From: Candidatus Woesearchaeota archaeon | GTDB taxonomy: Archaea > Nanobdellota > Nanobdellia > Woesearchaeales > GW2011-AR4 | Assembly (NCBI GenBank): GCA_016185755.1 | Contig: JACPMX010000016.1 | Span: forward strand, 985 to 64,984 | Direction of reading: 5' to 3' | DNA: 64,000 nt | Shown here: piece after piece, positions 58,878 through 64,000 of the stretch | Layout: the number at the start of each line of letters is the position of its first letter | Position numbering within the stretch: the stretch's first letter is position 1 | Translations under genes and position numbers: made by a program | The notes under the pieces: generated by a model | What the model was told of the DNA's origin: nothing | What the model saw: the letters and a program-made list of their open reading frames with translations, nothing else | Database searches by the model: none

Positions 58878-59146
58878 TTTTTCTTTAATCTCCAGTACCT
58901 TCTATAAATAAAAAATGAAATTGTTATTAACCAGTAAAGAATTAAAAGACCCAATCCCAAAGTTAATAAATATCCTATTGCCAAAGCTAACCCGATTCCT
59001 CCTAAACCACCATCGTCTAATTTAGGAATTTTGATTGCCACCATAAGCAAAATCAAATTAAATAAATGAATTAAAGTGCCTGAAATAATCCAGATGATTT
59101 TGAACATACTCTTATTCTTTTTTTCCCTGATTTTTCTACTTGCCAT
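58874..59146 (-). CDS. Small 2-TM membrane protein (candidate immunity/accessory protein)
   Basis: Two TM segments with basic ends. Translationally coupled to the genes on both sides. Confidence 0.6.
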   Translation of the reverse strand: MASRKIREKKNKSMFKIIWIISGTLIHLFNLILLMVAIKIPKLDDGGLGGIGLALAIGYLLTLGLGLLILYWLITISFFIYRRYWRLKKK

Positions 59147-59147
59147 T

Positions 59148-62100
59148 TTAGTCTTCCTCAACAATATATCTTAAATTGTCGAAAAATGAATATGTTATAT
59201 TATTCAAAAATTTACTAAGAAGGGGATCATAGGTTTCAGGTTCATCTGGTAAGTTTGAATGTCCAGTAATTTGGAAAGTCCTACCTTTATATTTCTTCGA
59301 AGCATTTGAGTTAGTATAAATATAGGAAATATCTGCATCAGGTATAACAAAGTCATCACTGAACCCCCCTATTGCATTATATATAACTAATAGTTTATTA
59401 ATTGAAGATAGCTTTGGATTTGTATTACTTTTATTTTGTACTTCTGTTACTATATCGACCCAGAAATTATAAGATATATTATTTGTACTCGGCAATTGAC
59501 GAAAGACAAACTCTTGTAATGTATTTAGATTACAAACTTTTAACGAAGCATCTATTATATCTTTTCTATTAATATGAGACTTGGTTGAAAGTTGGTTATT
59601 TATCTTTATTCCACAAGAATCAACTAAAGAAGTAAACCTAGTCGTCCCATCAAACGCCGCCATAGGAGCAATTAAAGCCATTTGCTCAACAAAATTGGCT
59701 GGCAGGCTAAAATTAACCCATTGACCTGAGTTATTTAAAAAATAACCCATTGGGTTAGTAGTACCTTGGTAATATTTTTCGTAAGACCTTAAACCAAGCC
59801 CGCCTCCTGCAGAATAGCCTACATAATCTACTTTATTTGTATTAGCATATTTTAATACACCTCCAATTAAGGCTGGCCAGTAGTAGTCAACTAAAGTGCC
59901 ATAAGTGTAGTTTGGACAATTAGCACATTCTGTGTTTGGTCCTCCTGAATATTCTATTAGCCAAGTATCTCTAACATATTTTCCTTGAAACTTTTGGTCT
60001 GTAGCTATTTTCAAACCAAGTTTCTCCATACCAAATAAGTCACCAAATAAACCATGTCCCAAGACTACAGGTCTAGGGTTAGAGAAGTTTTTAAATTTTG
60101 GGCTTAATTCTGCATTTATATTTTTTAGCCGTAAGCTAGTATTATCATTAGCAGTCAAAACTCTCTTTATTGCCAAACTATAAACATTAGCATTTAAAAC
60201 ATTCTCCACAACCTTAACAAAGTTTGCGTTATTCTTCCTATACTTAGCCTGATTCTCATCAGTATGCAAATAATCAAAAACAAACAACCCATCCAAATCT
60301 TCTTCAGAAATATAGTCGACTCTTGAAGCTACAGATTTGCTAAAGTAAAATTCTTGGTTATCTACTAGCTTTCTTAGAGTTGCAATATCGCCGTCTATCT
60401 CATTACCAAAAACGTAAATATTATTTCCGCTTCTTACAACTATTCCGTTGTAAGGCAGTCCTTCTTTTTTAGAATTATATTGAACTAAATTTCCAGTCAG
60501 CATCCAGTTTTGGCCTGAAGTTTTTGTCAATGTTTCTTTTGGTATATTGCTATTCTTTCTTCCAACATAGATATTTACATCTTGACCGCTAGAAACGACA
60601 TTAACATATTGTCCTAGAAAATTCTTGATAGTGTTTACTAATACTGGATAATCGGTAGTAACATCAATATATGCATTTATTGGTTTGCTAGTTGATTTCT
60701 TGATGTAATTATTCTTATCGTCTGTTTCGGCTACAACATTTGTAAAATCAACCGTTATTGATACAAAATCAGTTGAATTTGTATCCCAAAGAACAGAAAC
60801 GTTTTGATTTACATATTGAGAAACAGAAATTATCTTGCTCTCATTCTGTGTTGGCTTTCCGGTTTGGCTATTCAGTCCTCTGAAATCTATTACCACATTA
60901 TTTTGATTTACTTTCTCAACAGTTATCAAAGCAGTTATATTAGATTTTCCGCCTTGAGTTTTAATAGTTACATCTGATGTCTTAATTGACAAATCAGTCT
61001 TATTAATACAGATACTGCAATCAAACATTAAAGAATCATAATCGTTATTATTGTCAATAGTGCTTGATTTAGTGCCGCAAAAAGTGCTATTATCGCTGCA
61101 ATAAATATCAATTGATTGGCTATTGCCACAAACTGCATCTCTATAGTTTATTTCTTTGAAACCATCTGAATCAGTTGTGCCATTTAAAATTCCATTATTA
61201 TAAACTTTAGTTCCGTTTATTGGATTGCTTTTTGAATCAGTTACAATTACAGATATAGTGCCATTGCAAAGATTTGTTGTTGTCCCTGAAGTGCAAGGAG
61301 AAGCAGGTGTGGAATTTCCATTTGTCCCAAAGTCTGCATTTGCTTCATCGGCGTTGGAATCACAAGAAGTGTCTGCTGGGCATGTAATAGTACCTATGTC
61401 TATTGTGCCTCCTGTGTAAAAGCATCTATCCGCATATTGTGTTGTGCTTGTGCATACATATTGTCTGCTACTGCATATATAATAAAACCGTTGTGGCATT
61501 CCTCTTGTTTTGTAGCCTGCGCTGTTATAGCAGTACAAGCTGTCTATCTCTTTACTTTGTGAAGTTGATGTAGGAGCAGAATGCTCTCCCAATGAGCCAT
61601 CAGAAGTGCAGCTTGGGCTTGCTTCTTGGCATGCAGTATCAAATGTAGTATTTGTCCTGCAATTATCGATATCAGTTTGAGTTCCAAAGCATTTATCATA
61701 AACATTATCATTAGTCCAATCAAAGCATTCGGCAAGAATTGTTTCTGCAGGCTGAGGTATATTTTTTGCATTTAAAGCCCAGTTTTTAAAAACTACTGAA
61801 TCATGCTTGCAATCTATGCCTGTTGGGCATGCAAGAATATAATCGTCCGATAGATTTATGATATGGGACAAAAGTATTAAAGTACCAAATTCATCTACAT
61901 TATAAATGTTTGATTTTTTGCTTCCATCATCAAAAGTTAGATTAACCAAATAATACCCGGGCATAAAACTAACATCATCAATAGTTCCAGTTCCATTTAA
62001 CCAGAAATTATAAGTAATATTCGGCAGTCCGAAATTACTAATATTAAAAACCTCATAAAAGTAAGTTAAATTTGTTATTGTAAAATTGGTAGTTTGCAAG

Positions 62101-63473
62101 TTTACTTGTACTAATCCATACCCATACAAGTCATCCTTTTCAGCTTGCCCTAAATCCAAAGCATCGTTTCTAAGTTTTGCCCTTATTTGTTCATTAGTTA
62201 ATGAATTATTAAAAGCTTTAATCAAGGCAGCTACTCCTGCGACATGAGGAGCAGCCATAGAAGTTCCAGAAGAAACAGAATAACCATTGCCTAGATAAGT
62301 GGAATTAATATCAATTCCAGGCGCAACTAATTCCTGCTCAAAGCCGTAAGAGGAAAAAGAAGCCAAGTTATCGTTTTCTGCGGTAGCTCCTACTGCTATA
62401 ACAGTATCATATTTTGCAGGATAAAGAATGTTATCTTGTCCATTGTTGCCTGAAGCTGCGATTAGTAAAATATTATTGTTGTAAGCTTCCTGCAGAACTT
62501 CTTTAAATATTTGTGAATAAGAATCAAAACCGAAACTCATTGAAACTATGCTGATATTATTGTCAATGGCCCATTCAATCCCTGCAATAGCATTGCTCAA
62601 ATCACCGGTGGAGCCTTGCATTATCTTGACAGAATACAAAGAAACTTCAGGAGCAACCCCTGCCAATCCTTCATAATTCAATAGGGCAGCTATCACTCCA
62701 GCAATAGATGTTCCGTGCCCGTTGCTGTCAAAATAATTATTGTCAACAAAAGAAATACCCCCTGCAATGGCTAAATCATCATGCATGCCAATTCCTGTGT
62801 CTAATACAGCAACTTTAACACCAGAACCATTGCTCAAATTCCAAACAGAATCGGCTTTAATCTTTTTTATGTTGAATGGCGTAATTTCTCCTAAAACTTC
62901 TACATTCTGCTCTAACTCAAAGAATTCTACTTCGTTGTCCTCAATCAAATCTTCTATATCTTCTACTTCACCTTTAATTTTAGTTACTTTGAATCTTTCA
63001 ATCTTCTTATCTAAAGTAACATTAACAAGCTTACTTTCATCTATAGAATTCCTGAATTTAATTATATAATCTTTGACTTCTTTCTTATCTTTTATATTTT
63101 TTAAATATTTTTCAGTTTCATTGTTAAATTTATTTTTATGTTTTTCAATAATTTCCGATAAATTTTTTAGTTTTTTAGGTAATGATTGATTAATTATTGT
63201 TAAGTTCTCTATAGGAACAGATAAATTTATAATTATTGTTTGGTTTGTTAATGTTATATTTTCTAATGCTTGATTTTGAGTTGTTAGATTGCTTGTTTCG
63301 TTAGTGGGCAATGTTGTATTTGTTATGGGAGTTTCATTAACAATATTAACCAGTGTTATATTTAAAGACTCATTGGTAGAATTAGTCACAACAGCGCTTG
63401 CAACCAAAAGGGAGTTTAAAATAATGATAAAAGCAGGAACAATCCCCGCTTGCCCTCTTTTTTTGTTTTTCAT
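59148..63473 (-). CDS. Large multidomain secreted protein: class III signal, S8 subtilisin, Cys-rich region, CARDB-like domain, linker, lipase-type alpha/beta-hydrolase
   Basis: 'KKRGQ' plus a hydrophobic stretch. S8 triad 'VLDTG', 'GHGT', 'GTSMAAPHVAG'. Hydrolase motifs 'VLGHG', 'GYSAGG', 'SDDFVIP', 'GHSNL'. Confidence 0.88.
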   Translation of the reverse strand: MKNKKRGQAGIVPAFIIILNSLLVASAVVTNSTNESLNITLVNIVNETPITNTTLPTNETSNLTTQNQALENITLTNQTIIINLSVPIENLTIINQSLPKKLKNLSEIIEKHKNKFNNETEKYLKNIKDKKEVKDYIIKFRNSIDESKLVNVTLDKKIERFKVTKIKGEVEDIEDLIEDNEVEFFELEQNVEVLGEITPFNIKKIKADSVWNLSNGSGVKVAVLDTGIGMHDDLAIAGGISFVDNNYFDSNGHGTSIAGVIAALLNYEGLAGVAPEVSLYSVKIMQGSTGDLSNAIAGIEWAIDNNISIVSMSFGFDSYSQIFKEVLQEAYNNNILLIAASGNNGQDNILYPAKYDTVIAVGATAENDNLASFSSYGFEQELVAPGIDINSTYLGNGYSVSSGTSMAAPHVAGVAALIKAFNNSLTNEQIRAKLRNDALDLGQAEKDDLYGYGLVQVNLQTTNFTITNLTYFYEVFNISNFGLPNITYNFWLNGTGTIDDVSFMPGYYLVNLTFDDGSKKSNIYNVDEFGTLILLSHIINLSDDYILACPTGIDCKHDSVVFKNWALNAKNIPQPAETILAECFDWTNDNVYDKCFGTQTDIDNCRTNTTFDTACQEASPSCTSDGSLGEHSAPTSTSQSKEIDSLYCYNSAGYKTRGMPQRFYYICSSRQYVCTSTTQYADRCFYTGGTIDIGTITCPADTSCDSNADEANADFGTNGNSTPASPCTSGTTTNLCNGTISVIVTDSKSNPINGTKVYNNGILNGTTDSDGFKEINYRDAVCGNSQSIDIYCSDNSTFCGTKSSTIDNNNDYDSLMFDCSICINKTDLSIKTSDVTIKTQGGKSNITALITVEKVNQNNVVIDFRGLNSQTGKPTQNESKIISVSQYVNQNVSVLWDTNSTDFVSITVDFTNVVAETDDKNNYIKKSTSKPINAYIDVTTDYPVLVNTIKNFLGQYVNVVSSGQDVNIYVGRKNSNIPKETLTKTSGQNWMLTGNLVQYNSKKEGLPYNGIVVRSGNNIYVFGNEIDGDIATLRKLVDNQEFYFSKSVASRVDYISEEDLDGLFVFDYLHTDENQAKYRKNNANFVKVVENVLNANVYSLAIKRVLTANDNTSLRLKNINAELSPKFKNFSNPRPVVLGHGLFGDLFGMEKLGLKIATDQKFQGKYVRDTWLIEYSGGPNTECANCPNYTYGTLVDYYWPALIGGVLKYANTNKVDYVGYSAGGGLGLRSYEKYYQGTTNPMGYFLNNSGQWVNFSLPANFVEQMALIAPMAAFDGTTRFTSLVDSCGIKINNQLSTKSHINRKDIIDASLKVCNLNTLQEFVFRQLPSTNNISYNFWVDIVTEVQNKSNTNPKLSSINKLLVIYNAIGGFSDDFVIPDADISYIYTNSNASKKYKGRTFQITGHSNLPDEPETYDPLLSKFLNNITYSFFDNLRYIVEED
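60055..60732 (-). repeat. Conserved linker repeat, copy 1
   Basis: 'AETDDKNNYIKK...NPRPVVLGHG' within the 1441-aa gene. Confidence 0.85.
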
Positions 63474-63499
63474 GAGCTTGGTACCTCTTTGTAATCACC

Positions 63500-64000
63500 T
63501 CACTTAGTTGCGTTAATCAGCTTTTCAACCTCCAAAGTGATGTTGCTGGAAGTCTTATTTGCCAACTCCAAAGTATACAGCACGGGAGTCAGGTTAAACA
63601 TATTCACATAGCTATCAGAAACTCCTATGCGATTGAAAGCCCACACCTTATTATTTTTCTTGACAGCCCTGTCAAAGGTGCCTCTTGCTTGACCATTGCT
63701 TAGGTTTCTGGCATAAATCTGCAGGTCTGTATAGTTAGTGTAGCCGCTCAGCAAAGCATTTTGAACTCCAATACCTATAGAACTCCTTCCGGCAGCCTCC
63801 AAGCCGGTTATTGAAAGCGATAAAGCTCCGCTTGTGCTGTTTTCCTGCGTGTTGTTGCTGGCGTCCTTGCAGCTAATGAAAAGATAAGACGTATCATAAA
63901 CCAGCTCGTCTTGCGAAGTTAGCGTGCATAGATGGCTGGTTGTTCCTTCTCCAGCCGAAGCTCCTGTGCAGTTTCTGGAACTTCCTATGGCTGTATAATT
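63500..64000 (-). CDS. Probable secreted/surface protein, 3' end only (runs off the window)
   Basis: Frame is open to 64000 (NYTAIGSSRNCTG...SCKDASNN...). Ser/Thr/Asn-rich with sequons. Confidence 0.65.
   Translation of the reverse strand, partial: NYTAIGSSRNCTGASAGEGTTSHLCTLTSQDELVYDTSYLFISCKDASNNTQENSTSGALSLSITGLEAAGRSSIGIGVQNALLSGYTNYTDLQIYARNLSNGQARGTFDRAVKKNNKVWAFNRIGVSDSYVNMFNLTPVLYTLELANKTSSNITLEVEKLINATK

Noticed and set aside
56469..60732. Diversity-generating retroelement TR/VR pair
   Set aside because: Differences between copies appear to be mostly synonymous changes of all base types rather than adenine-specific, all copies are coding, and no reverse transcriptase is in the window.
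1..64000. CRISPR array, rRNA, tRNA, integrase or prophage genes
   Set aside because: No regularly spaced repeats or recognisable structural RNA or phage genes were seen. Intergenic gaps are mostly too short, but a covariance search was not possible.

Overview
This 64-kb window is most consistent with an archaeon, probably a DPANN/Woesearchaeota-like genome. That is an inference from TATA boxes about 25-30 bp before apparently leaderless ATGs, an Lrp regulator, a KRGQ class III signal peptide and sequon-rich surface proteins. About 1-50.8 kb is a very large surface-glycan locus. It holds a flippase, a legionaminic-acid-type nonulosonic acid pathway with two NeuB paralogues, WbuXYZ-type amidination genes, rml genes, WecB/WecC, many GT2/GT4/GT9/GT-C transferases, and formyl, acyl, methyl and radical-SAM tailoring enzymes. 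Embedded at 4.4-10 kb is an unusual six-gene operon. It encodes a winged-HTH fused to a lid-less, catalytically eroded pyruvate kinase (a 13-bp direct repeat sits in its promoter), two paralogous Pol-beta-type nucleotidyltransferases (one DxD, one DxN), a HIT-like protein, a PHP phosphatase and APS kinase. No canonical ATP sulfurylase is present in the window. At 51-52 kb an IS91 remnant and an AbrB-PIN toxin-antitoxin pair lie between two convergent copies of a GT-C plus small membrane protein module. At 54-64 kb an AT-rich minus-strand gene run resembles a polymorphic toxin locus: a pilin-signal/subtilisin/lipase giant plus a small TM gene, a second linker-lipase cassette plus a different TM gene, and a truncated third cassette, followed by an Ig-repeat glycoprotein. 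No rRNA, tRNA or CRISPR array was recognised. All calls come from motif reading only; no database searches were run.
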